DNA from: Candidatus Nealsonbacteria bacterium
GTDB lineage: Bacteria > Patescibacteriota > Minisyncoccia > Minisyncoccales > PWPS01
Assembly (NCBI GenBank): GCA_003560665.1
Contig: PWKK01000028.1
Coordinates: 1-52,915, forward strand
Direction of reading: 5' to 3'
Length of the DNA stretch: 52,915 bases
The notes under the pieces were generated by a model, which made no database searches, was not told the DNA's origin, and worked only from the letters and a program-made list of their open reading frames with translations. Of the stretch, positions 9,195 through 20,418 are shown piece after piece. Numbering within the stretch: position 1 is the stretch's first letter; each line of letters opens with the position of its first letter. A program made the translations under genes and the position numbers.

Positions 9195-9812
9195 TTAATT
9201 ATTACTCTCCGTATTCCAAGTTAAATAAAACTCGTGATAGTCGTCGTTATTAAAAAGACACTTTGTTTCTTTCGCTTCAACTTTTTCTGCTACTACCATA
9301 GAAACAATGGAAGAAAAATAGCCAAGCAAATAACGGCAAAACACTGGATGAAGATTCACTTCATGAAGACGGAAAACAGCCCTCCCTTCATCTTCGCTTA
9401 CTTCTACCGCTTCTATTCTTCCTTTTGTATAGTGCTTTGCCCACATCTCTGTTACCTTTGCAAGTGTTTGCTGTGAAGACATAAAATACTTTGTAAAAAA
9501 CTTAATCAGAAAAGATGCTCTTGGAGCATTTCTTCCCATTTCTTTTATCTCTTCTTCTCCGTAATTAAAGGCCTTACTTATTGCAAGAAGGGAAAATACT
9601 CTTAAATTCAGAGGATAAAAATCCATTCTATCAATGCTTTTATAGTCTATAAAAACACCCATCTTTTCAAGTTCTTCTTCCACCTTTTTTAACCCTTCTT
9701 CTCCCTTTTCTCTTAAAATATAATTTTCGTCTGTCTTGAAAACAACTCCTCTAACCTCTCCTTCGACTTTTTTTAACCTCTCTATTTCTTCTTGATTTAT
9801 GCTATAGGTCAT
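9195..9812 (-). CDS. V4R/H-NOX-fold putative ligand-binding protein, paralog 3
   Basis: GEVRGVVFKTD, FYP, HPVFCRYLLGYF, ETKCLFNNDDYHEFYLTW; start moved to ATG 9812 by alignment with paralogs. Confidence 0.75.
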   Translation of the reverse strand: MTYSINQEEIERLKKVEGEVRGVVFKTDENYILREKGEEGLKKVEEELEKMGVFIDYKSIDRMDFYPLNLRVFSLLAISKAFNYGEEEIKEMGRNAPRASFLIKFFTKYFMSSQQTLAKVTEMWAKHYTKGRIEAVEVSEDEGRAVFRLHEVNLHPVFCRYLLGYFSSIVSMVVAEKVEAKETKCLFNNDDYHEFYLTWNTESNN

Positions 9813-9816
9813 ATTT

Positions 9817-10422
9817 TTAGTTTTCCCAATTTGCCTTAAACTCATGAAACTCTCCCCCGTAAAAAGGACATTTTGTTTCTTTTACAGTTACTTTTTTTGA
9901 AATGGTCATTGAAATAATGCCCTCAAGGTATCCTTCCATATAGGCGCAGTAAACGGGGTGAAAATCAACTTCTTTAATAATAAAAATCGCACACCCCTCT
10001 TCTTCGTTTATCTTCTTCGCTTCCGCTGTTCCTGTTGTCGAGTGCTTTTCCCAAACTTCTCCCACCTTGTTTAAAGTTTGCTTTGTGCTTAAAAAATGTT
10101 TTGTAAAAAACTTAACTAAAAAAGAAGACTTCGGTGCAGCCCTTCCCATCTTTTTTACCCCCTCTCTGTTTAAATCAAATACCTTTGAAATCGCAATAAC
10201 CGAAAGAAGTCTTGTTCCAAAAGGATAAAACTCAGTTGCATGAACGTCTTTATATTTTAAGGGATAGCCCATTTCCTCCAATTCTTGTTCAACTTCTTTT
10301 AGCTTTTCTTCTCCCCCGTTTTGAAGAACAAAAAGACCATCTGTCTTAAAGACCGTTCCCCGGATATCTCCCTTCATATTAATTATTTTTTCCGCTTCTT
10401 GTTTGGATATATTGTAATTCAC
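9817..10422 (-). CDS. V4R/H-NOX-fold putative ligand-binding protein, paralog 2
   Basis: GDIRGTVFKTD, FYP, HPVYCAYMEGYL, ETKCPFYGGEFHEFKANW. Confidence 0.75.
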   Translation of the reverse strand: MNYNISKQEAEKIINMKGDIRGTVFKTDGLFVLQNGGEEKLKEVEQELEEMGYPLKYKDVHATEFYPFGTRLLSVIAISKVFDLNREGVKKMGRAAPKSSFLVKFFTKHFLSTKQTLNKVGEVWEKHSTTGTAEAKKINEEEGCAIFIIKEVDFHPVYCAYMEGYLEGIISMTISKKVTVKETKCPFYGGEFHEFKANWEN

Positions 10423-10430
10423 AATTTATT

Positions 10431-11033
10431 TTACCACTTTAATAAAAATTCATGAAAAAAACTTTCACCTTTAAAATAGCACTTTACTTCTTCACAAGAT
10501 ACTTTTTCCAAACCTCCGTTTTCCGCAATCGCCGCAAAATAACCGCAAAGATAGTCGCAAAAAACAGGATGGAAGTTAAGATTGTACAGGCGTAAAACAG
10601 CCCTTTTTGCATCACTGTCCGTCTCTACCACCTCCAACCTTCCGACTGTGTGATCCTTTCTCCACGCTTTAGAAGCTTTTTTAAATATTTTTTCTACTGT
10701 AAGAAAACGTTTTGTAAAAAGATTTACTAAGAAAGAATTTTTCGGTGCAGCTCTTCCCATCTCTTCGACCTCTTTCTTGCTCATACTAAAAACTCTGCTT
10801 ATCGCAATAAGAGACAGTGCTCTTCTTGCCCACGGATAATATTTTTCACTCTTTATCTCTTCATAGAGAAAAGGGCACGCCAACATATCAAGCTCTCTTT
10901 CTATCTGGTCTATCTTTTCTCTTCCTCCTTTTTCCAAAACAAAGAGCTCATCATCCTTAAGAACCCTTCCCTTTACTTCCCCAGGAGAACTCATCATTGC
11001 ATTTATGGTCTCTTTGTTGACTTCGTAATGCAT
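10431..11033 (-). CDS. V4R/H-NOX-fold putative ligand-binding protein, paralog 1
   Basis: GEVKGRVLKDD, YYP, HPVFCDYLCGYF, EEVKCYFKGESFFHEFLLKW. Confidence 0.75.
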   Translation of the reverse strand: MHYEVNKETINAMMSSPGEVKGRVLKDDELFVLEKGGREKIDQIERELDMLACPFLYEEIKSEKYYPWARRALSLIAISRVFSMSKKEVEEMGRAAPKNSFLVNLFTKRFLTVEKIFKKASKAWRKDHTVGRLEVVETDSDAKRAVLRLYNLNFHPVFCDYLCGYFAAIAENGGLEKVSCEEVKCYFKGESFFHEFLLKW

Positions 11034-11957
11034 TTAGTTAAGGTTGAGTTTTAAATTATTTTCTTCTTTTTCTAAAAAACGCTTTGCAAGGCTAACAAAT
11101 CCCAGATCGTTTAATGCATCTATTATTTTTTCGTTTTCAAGGGAAAAATAAAAGTTAGAAAAATCAAATTCACTGAAGTCGTTTTTGTTTATCAAAGCCA
11201 AATCTCTGCTCAAAAAGGCTTTTTCTTTGCTTTCTTTAATTTTTGTTAGGATTCGTTGACTAATTCCCGAAACCGATTCTTTCTGTAGCTCCTCTTGATC
11301 TAAAAAAGAGTATAAATTCTCTAAACTCCCGAATTTTTTAATAATCTTGATAGCGGTTTTTTCTCCAACCCCTTCCACTCCCGGAATATTGTCAGACTGA
11401 TCTCCCTGTAATGCTTTTACATCCGCTATCTTTTGTGGGGGAATTCCATCATACTTCTCCTCAACCTTTTTTATATCATAAAGAACGGTTTCTTTAATGC
11501 CCCTCTTGAGAGTATATACTTTTGTTTTTTCATTGACAAGTTGTAAAATGTCCATATCTCCGGTAACGATTATCGTTTCAACCTCTCGCGGGGCAAAAGA
11601 AGATATTGTCCCCACAATATCGTCCGCCTCAAGTCCTTTTTTCATTAAAATTGTAACACCTATCTTGGAAAAAACTTCGCTTGTTTTTTTTATCTGAGAA
11701 ATCAATTCATCGGGAGCTTTGGGGCGGTTCGCCTTATATTCTTTATACTTTTTGTGCCGAAAAGTCTTTCCCGGGGAGTCAAAAGCAGCCGCTACATACT
11801 GCGGTTTAATCTCGGATATTATCCTAAAGAAAGCAAGAAGGGATCCGTAGATCGCCCCACCAGGCTCTCCTTCTCTGGTTTTCAGGGGTGGAAGAGCGTG
11901 GAAGGCACGATGAATAATAGAGTTGGTGTCAAAAAGTAGAAGTTTTTTTCTTTCCAT
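11034..11957 (-). CDS. 5'-3' exonuclease (isolated DNA polymerase I N-terminal domain)
   Basis: LLLFDTNSIIHRAFHALPPL, AAFDS, YKANR, EADD, TGDMDILQL, H3TH GDQSDNIPGVEGVGEKTA; ends at 307 aa without a polymerase domain. Confidence 0.92.
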   Translation of the reverse strand: MERKKLLLFDTNSIIHRAFHALPPLKTREGEPGGAIYGSLLAFFRIISEIKPQYVAAAFDSPGKTFRHKKYKEYKANRPKAPDELISQIKKTSEVFSKIGVTILMKKGLEADDIVGTISSFAPREVETIIVTGDMDILQLVNEKTKVYTLKRGIKETVLYDIKKVEEKYDGIPPQKIADVKALQGDQSDNIPGVEGVGEKTAIKIIKKFGSLENLYSFLDQEELQKESVSGISQRILTKIKESKEKAFLSRDLALINKNDFSEFDFSNFYFSLENEKIIDALNDLGFVSLAKRFLEKEENNLKLNLN

Positions 11958-12014
11958 GCTAAAACTATATCACACCGGTAACATAATACAAAGAAGAGAG
12001 CCTCCTTTCATGTC

Positions 12015-12043
12015 TTTAAATCCGATGAAAAATTTGCTATAAT
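12015..12043 (+). promoter_or_regulatory. sigma70 promoter for tRNA-Pro/tRNA-Gly
   Basis: TTTAAA, 17 bp, extended -10 TG-C-TATAAT. Confidence 0.55.
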
Positions 12044-12073
12044 GTGTAGCGTCGCTCGGGGTATATGATAATT

Positions 12074-12147
12074 CGGGGTATGGTGTAATGGCAGCACGCT
12101 TGCTTTGGGAGCATGTAGTCTCGGTTCAAATCCGGGTACCCCGACCA
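12074..12147 (+). tRNA. tRNA-Pro(TGG)
   Basis: Acceptor CGGGGTA/TACCCCG + A + encoded CCA; loop TT-TGG-GA. Confidence 0.92.
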
Positions 12148-12183
12148 TTTATTAGAACTTTATTAAATTAATTTTTAATTAAT

Positions 12184-12257
12184 GCGGGAGTAGCTCAACT
12201 GGCTAGAGCATTTGCCTTCCAAGCAAAAGGTTGCGGGTTCGACCCCCGTCTCCCGCT
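12184..12257 (+). tRNA. tRNA-Gly(TCC)
   Basis: Acceptor GCGGGAG/CTCCCGC + U73; loop CT-TCC-AA. Confidence 0.94.
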
Positions 12258-12262
12258 CAAAC

Positions 12263-12297
12263 AAAAACCCCTCAGCAGATATCTGCGAGGGGTTTTT
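12263..12297. terminator. bidirectional intrinsic terminator between tRNA-Gly and rny
   Basis: AAAAACCCCTC-A-GCAGAT/ATCTGC-GAGGGGTTTTT inverted repeat flanked by A and T runs. Confidence 0.8.
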
Positions 12298-12319
12298 CGT
12301 AAGTAGATTTGGATTCCGC

Positions 12320-13849
12320 TTACTTGGCGTACTCTACCGTTCTCTTTTCTCTGATCAAAGTTACCTTTATTTCTCCGGGATACCTTAATTCATCTTGAAT
12401 CCTGTTTGCCACATCGCGAGCCATTTTTTTTGCTTCCAGATCACTTACTTCTTCCGGTTTAACAAAAATTCTTATTTCCCTTCCTGCCTGAATAGCGTAG
12501 GCTTTTTCCACTCCCGGGAAAGAGTCAGCAACACCTTCCAGTTCTCCTAGTCTTTTTAGATAGTTTTCCAGTGTATCCTTTCTGGCTCCAGGTCTCCCTC
12601 CGGAAATCGCATCTGCAGTCTGAACAATAACCGATTCAACGCTCTCATAAGGATACTCTTCATGATGTGCCTTCATCGCGGTTATTACCTCTTCTTCGAC
12701 ATCAAACTTTTGCAGAATTCTTGTTCCGATGTCTACATGAGAACCTTCAACTTGATGATCAAGTGATTTTCCAATATCGTGCAGAAGACCAGCCTTTTTA
12801 CAAATTGATGTGTTTGCTCCTATCTCAGCGGCAATCCCCTCTGCTAAAAAGCTGACTTCAAGAGAGTGGTTTAATACATTTTGCCCGTAACTGGAGCGAA
12901 AGTGTAGTCTTCCTAGGAGACTTACTATTTTAGGATCAAGGTCTATAATCCCCGTTTCGTATACTGCCCCCTCTCCCGCTTTTTTAATCTGATCCGATAT
13001 ATCTTCTTCTGCTTTCTCTACCATTTCTTCAATTCTTGCCGGCTGGATTCTTCCGTCAAAAATCAACTTATCGAGTGCTGTTTTTGCAATCTGCCTTCTG
13101 ATAGGATCAAAACTGGAAATGATAACCGTTCCGGGAGTATCATCTACAACAACTTCCACACCGGTCAGTCTTTCTAGTGTCTTTATGTTCCTTCCTTCTT
13201 TTCCAATAATTCTTCCCTTTATATCATCGTCGGGAATATTTACGTTGGTTGTTGTAAGGTCCTGGACCTGCGAGGAAGAGTACTTCTGGATGACCGACGA
13301 GAGTATCTCTTTTGCTCTACCCAGGTATCTTTCTTCCCCTTCTCGCTCCAGCTTATTAATTCTCTCTAAAACATCTGCTTCATAATCTCTTTCTAATGCT
13401 TTGTACAGCTCCTCTTTGGCTTCTTCTCGAGAAAGACCAGAAATCTTCACCAACTCTTCTTCGGCCCTTTCTTTCATCTCGTCTACTTCCTCCTTAATCT
13501 CTCTTAGCCTTTTTACTTTTTGGTTAAAGATTTTTTCCTTTTTTTCGTGATCAGACAATTTCTGATCTAATGTGTTTTCCCTCTTTAGGAGAAATTTTTC
13601 TCTTTTGAACAGCTCTTCGTTTTTTTCTTCTGTCTCTTTTCTTGCCGTTTCTATCATCTGCGCGTGCTTTTCTTTTGCTTCGATAATAATATCCTTACTC
13701 CTTTTTTTGGCGTAATCAATTCTCTTTTGTACCTTTGTTTCTAGTGCTTTGTGGTCTCTTTTTGCAATCGATTGTCTGGCAAAATATCCCAGCCCCGCAC
13801 CAACAATCAAAGAAACCGTACCGATTAGTAATAAAATTATCTGTTCCAT
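12320..13849 (-). CDS. rny: ribonuclease Y
   Basis: N-terminal TM, coiled coil, KH domain KGRIIGKEGRNIK, HD domain LLHDIGK, ADAISGGRPGAR. Confidence 0.97.
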   Translation of the reverse strand: MEQIILLLIGTVSLIVGAGLGYFARQSIAKRDHKALETKVQKRIDYAKKRSKDIIIEAKEKHAQMIETARKETEEKNEELFKREKFLLKRENTLDQKLSDHEKKEKIFNQKVKRLREIKEEVDEMKERAEEELVKISGLSREEAKEELYKALERDYEADVLERINKLEREGEERYLGRAKEILSSVIQKYSSSQVQDLTTTNVNIPDDDIKGRIIGKEGRNIKTLERLTGVEVVVDDTPGTVIISSFDPIRRQIAKTALDKLIFDGRIQPARIEEMVEKAEEDISDQIKKAGEGAVYETGIIDLDPKIVSLLGRLHFRSSYGQNVLNHSLEVSFLAEGIAAEIGANTSICKKAGLLHDIGKSLDHQVEGSHVDIGTRILQKFDVEEEVITAMKAHHEEYPYESVESVIVQTADAISGGRPGARKDTLENYLKRLGELEGVADSFPGVEKAYAIQAGREIRIFVKPEEVSDLEAKKMARDVANRIQDELRYPGEIKVTLIREKRTVEYAK

Positions 13850-13859
13850 ATTTAAGGTT

Positions 13860-14064
13860 TTGGAACTTGAGCCACTACAAAAACCTTTGTCCGATTTTAG
13901 AGCCTACTAACACCCTCAAAGAGAAGTGCTCTGTTGTGAGGATAAGAATCATTCACTTTTATATCAGTAGTAAAATGCTTTTTTTGCATAAAATTGCAAT
14001 ATTTTGCGCTAAAATCAGAAAATCTTTTCGGACAAGTGGGATGTTTGTGTATTTCAAGTCCAAC
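13860..14064 (-). ncRNA. structured ~205-nt RNA upstream of rny (6S RNA candidate or rny leader)
   Basis: Four nested long-range helices found by eye (see finding); own consensus promoter; 6S genes lie upstream of rny in several phyla. Confidence 0.5.
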
Positions 14065-14091
14065 ATTAACTGTTTATATTATAATTATCTT

Positions 14092-14120
14092 ATAATACCA
14101 AAACCCGGCAAAATTGTCAA
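14092..14120 (-). promoter_or_regulatory. near-consensus sigma70 promoter for the structured RNA/rny
   Basis: TTGACA (14120-14115), 17 bp, TG-G-TATTAT (14097-14092). Confidence 0.8.
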
Positions 14121-14147
14121 AAAAACAAATTCCCGTTTTCACGGGAA
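14121..14147 (-). terminator. intrinsic terminator of the nusA-clpP transcript
   Basis: TTCCCGT-GAAA-ACGGGAA hairpin followed by TTTGTTTTT on the minus strand. Confidence 0.8.
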
Positions 14148-14182
14148 TATTTTCCTAACGTCATAGCTTTAACAAATTTTCC

Positions 14183-14773
14183 CTATATTTTTCTCTTTTC
14201 TGTAATCACTTCGTCGATGACTCCATATTTTTTCGCCTCATCGGCGGAAAGATAAAAATCCCTGTCAGTGTCTTTTTGGATCTTAGAGAGAGACTGTTTT
14301 GTGTGATCAGAAATAATTTTGTTTAACTTTTCTTTTATTTTTAAAATCTGTTTTGCTGTTATCTCTATTTCCGAAGCGGCTCCCTGAGCACCTCCCATAA
14401 CTTGATGTAAAAGTATTTCCGAGTTAGGAAGGGCAAAGCGTTTTTTGGGGGCTCCTGATGCGAGGAGAACTGCCGCCATTGAACCGGCCATTCCCACACA
14501 AACCGTGGAAACATCACACTTCACGTACTGCATCGTATCGTAAATCGCCATTCCGGCAGTAACAACCCCACCGGGACTATTAATGTAGAGACGAATATCC
14601 TTTTCTGAGTTTTGACTGGCTAGAAAAAGCATTTGTGCGATAATTGCGTTTGCAACACTATCACTGAGAGGAGTTCCTAAAAAAATAATTCTCTCCTTTA
14701 AGAGCCTTGAATAAATATCGTAAGCCCTCTCTCCATATTGTGTTTTTTCTACTACTGTTGGAATTAAATTCAT
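14183..14773 (-). CDS. clpP: ATP-dependent Clp protease proteolytic subunit
   Basis: [23 protein letters not shown], catalytic Ser region [17 protein letters not shown]. Confidence 0.97.
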   Translation of the reverse strand: MNLIPTVVEKTQYGERAYDIYSRLLKERIIFLGTPLSDSVANAIIAQMLFLASQNSEKDIRLYINSPGGVVTAGMAIYDTMQYVKCDVSTVCVGMAGSMAAVLLASGAPKKRFALPNSEILLHQVMGGAQGAASEIEITAKQILKIKEKLNKIISDHTKQSLSKIQKDTDRDFYLSADEAKKYGVIDEVITEKRKI

Positions 14774-14791
14774 GGTTTTTTGTTTATTAGG

Positions 14792-15961
14792 TTATTTTTC
14801 TTCTTTATTTTCTCCTTCCGCCTCGTTTGCTTCCGCGGTCTGTTCGATCTCCTCTTTTCCGATTGCTTTGATATCAATTCTCCATCCGGTAAGCTTTGCG
14901 GCAAGACGAACATTCTGTCCCTCTTTGCCGATAGCAAGAGACAGTTGGTCTTCGGGAACAGTGACAATCGCTCTTGTTTCTTCTATCTCTACTTCTGATA
15001 TCTTTGCCGGAGACAAAGCGTTTTTAATAAAATCTTCCGCTTTTTCCAAATATTCTATGATATCTATTTTTTCTCCTCCAAGCTCGGAAATAATCGCTCC
15101 TACGCGAGATCCTCTCTGTCCAACAGCGGTTCCTACCGGATCAACTCCTTCTTCTTCCGAGTAAACGGCAACTTTTGTTCTTGACCCAGCTTCTCTGGCA
15201 ATAGATTTTATCTCCACCGTTTCGGCGGCAATCTCGGGAACTTCCAGTTCGAAAAGTTTGGAAACAAACTTCGGAAAAGCACGAGAAAGAATAATATTTG
15301 GACCCTTTGGGCTGTCTTCTACGCTTAAAACATATGCTTTGTACCTTTGCCCCGGGCGGTAAAGCTCTCCGGGAATCTGCTCTTCTTTGTGTATCACACC
15401 TAAAACTTTTCCGACATCAAAAAGAACGTTCTTTCCTTCAACTCTTTGTACAATTCCGGAAATCACTTCGTTTTCCCTTTCTTTGTACTCGTTGAAAATA
15501 AGCTCTCTTTCCGTTTCTTTTATTTTTTGCAAAATAACCTGTTTTGCCGTCTGTGCGGCTATTCTTCCAAACTCCTGTTTTGAATCAAGCTCGTTTTCTA
15601 CTTCTTCACCAACTTTAATTTTCTTTTCTATTTTCTTTGCCTCCTCCAGCGTGATGTGTCTTTTAGGGTTAAACCTTACTTTTCCTTCTTCTGTTTCTTC
15701 TTCCTCTGCTCCGGAGTGCTCTTCTTCCCCCTCATCGGGAAAAATCGCCGTATTTTCATCAACTACCGTTTTCACCAACCAAAACTTTGCCTCACCCGTT
15801 TTCGGGTCAAGTTTTGCTTTTATTACTTCTCCTTTCTCCCGATACTCTTTTTTGTAGGCAGTAGCAATTGCTTGTTCGATGATATCAACCACCTTCTCCT
15901 GTGGTATCTCTTTCTCGGTCGCAATTTGAGAAACTGCAGAACTAAATCCTTTTATATCCAT
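14792..15961 (-). CDS. nusA: transcription termination factor NusA
   Basis: FGRIAAQTAKQVILQKI, S1 domain, KH motifs AREAGSRTKVAV and AIGKEGQNVRLAAKLTGWRIDI. Confidence 0.97.
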   Translation of the reverse strand: MDIKGFSSAVSQIATEKEIPQEKVVDIIEQAIATAYKKEYREKGEVIKAKLDPKTGEAKFWLVKTVVDENTAIFPDEGEEEHSGAEEEETEEGKVRFNPKRHITLEEAKKIEKKIKVGEEVENELDSKQEFGRIAAQTAKQVILQKIKETERELIFNEYKERENEVISGIVQRVEGKNVLFDVGKVLGVIHKEEQIPGELYRPGQRYKAYVLSVEDSPKGPNIILSRAFPKFVSKLFELEVPEIAAETVEIKSIAREAGSRTKVAVYSEEEGVDPVGTAVGQRGSRVGAIISELGGEKIDIIEYLEKAEDFIKNALSPAKISEVEIEETRAIVTVPEDQLSLAIGKEGQNVRLAAKLTGWRIDIKAIGKEEIEQTAEANEAEGENKEEK

Positions 15962-16055
15962 AATTAAAAATTAATGTCCGTTTCTAGACGGACAGTTGTA
16001 TTATTCTACCTTTACCACTAACCACAGGATAGCAGACTATCTCGATTTGTCAAAT

Positions 16056-19201
<3,146 letters not shown>

Positions 19202-19460
19202 TTAAATTATCTGCTTCACTAATTTCCTGAATTGTCTCTCTGTCGATTCCATCACAGAAGAAAAACCTCGCCTCTGCTATATCTGTTAGATTAATACTAT
19301 TTTTCAAACACCCCCTGTTTTTTCTGAAAATTAATCCATTTCTCTTAGTTGTTTTCCATGACAGTACCTGATTTTCCGGTTAGAGTAAACTCCGTCAAAT
19401 TTCCATTTTTTTCAAGCAATCTTGATCTGTGTCTCACGGAAAGAGTAAATTGCTTTTTCC

Positions 19461-20234
19461 TTAATACAATGTACAGTTCAAGTAAAGCTCCACTATTTGT
19501 TCCCCATAAAAATATGCTATCAGTGTACCTATTATGAGGAAAGGCCCAAAGGGAAGCTGGCTTTTCATTCCTTTCTTCCCTAAAACAATCAGTGCCACTC
19601 CTATTGTAGCACCTAAAAGAAAAGAAATAAAAAGCCCTGGTAATATTTCGGGAAAGCCCAAAAAAAGCCCCATAAAAATTACAAATTTTACATCCCCAAA
19701 TCCCATCCCCTTTCCTTTTGTGAAATAGTGAAGAGCAAAGAAGAAAAGAAAAGTTGCCATGGCAGAAAAGAAACCATGCAATAAAACACTGAAGTCATTT
19801 TCCAAAAGAGAAAAAAAAGCGAGATATAGTGCGGATATTACGATAAGAGAAAAGTTGGCAAAGTCAGGGATAATGTAATGCCTCAAATCATAAACGAAAA
19901 TAAAGATCAAAAAGAAAAGAACAATAAAAAGGTAAGCTAACTCAACGGACAACCCCGTCACAGAAAATGCAAACAAAAAAAGAATTCCAGTTAAAAGCTC
20001 TACCAATAGATACTCAACGGATATCTTCTCCTTGCAGTATCTACACTTTCCCGAGAGAAAAATATAGCTAAAAACCGGCACTAGGTCTTTACAGGAAAGT
20101 TGGTGTTTACACTTCGGACAGTATGATTTTCCTTTCGGTTTTTCCTTAATAGCGAAACGATAAAGGACACAGTTTAGAAAAGATCCGATAGAAATCCCGA
20201 AAAGAAAAATTATTGTTGCCAAGAATAAGTCCAT
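19461..20234 (-). CDS. pilD: prepilin peptidase / N-methyltransferase (A24)
   Basis: GSFLN, SYCPKC...GKCRYC Cys pairs, YDLRHYIIPD, GMGFGDVK, LPFGPFL. Confidence 0.94.
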   Translation of the reverse strand: MDLFLATIIFLFGISIGSFLNCVLYRFAIKEKPKGKSYCPKCKHQLSCKDLVPVFSYIFLSGKCRYCKEKISVEYLLVELLTGILFLFAFSVTGLSVELAYLFIVLFFLIFIFVYDLRHYIIPDFANFSLIVISALYLAFFSLLENDFSVLLHGFFSAMATFLFFFALHYFTKGKGMGFGDVKFVIFMGLFLGFPEILPGLFISFLLGATIGVALIVLGKKGMKSQLPFGPFLIIGTLIAYFYGEQIVELYLNCTLY

Positions 20235-20418
20235 TATTTGTATCCACAGTGAAGAAAATTATCCTCTGCCGAGATTTAATTTTTCTAACTAACCGCAACT
20301 TATTGGCTGTGTCATTACAACCACTTTTTTCTTTCTCTTTGCAATAAAACTGCACCCTTCTAGACGCTCTTTCCTTTTAAGCGATAATTTTATAACTTCT
20401 TTCTACTCTAAAATTAGA

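Noticed and set aside
8572-11033. Calling the four paralogs canonical heme NO/O2 sensors (H-NOX)
   Set aside because: No Y-x-S-x-R motif, and the His in W-x-K-H does not clearly align with the proximal heme ligand; only fold-level similarity is supported.
12056-12081. 9-bp direct repeat TCGGGGTAT upstream of and within the tRNA-Pro 5' end, as an att site
   Set aside because: Too short, at the 5' rather than 3' end, and only 17 bp apart with no cargo.
20240-20248. GTATCCACA as a DnaA box
   Set aside because: A single one-mismatch 9-mer far from dnaA, expected by chance.
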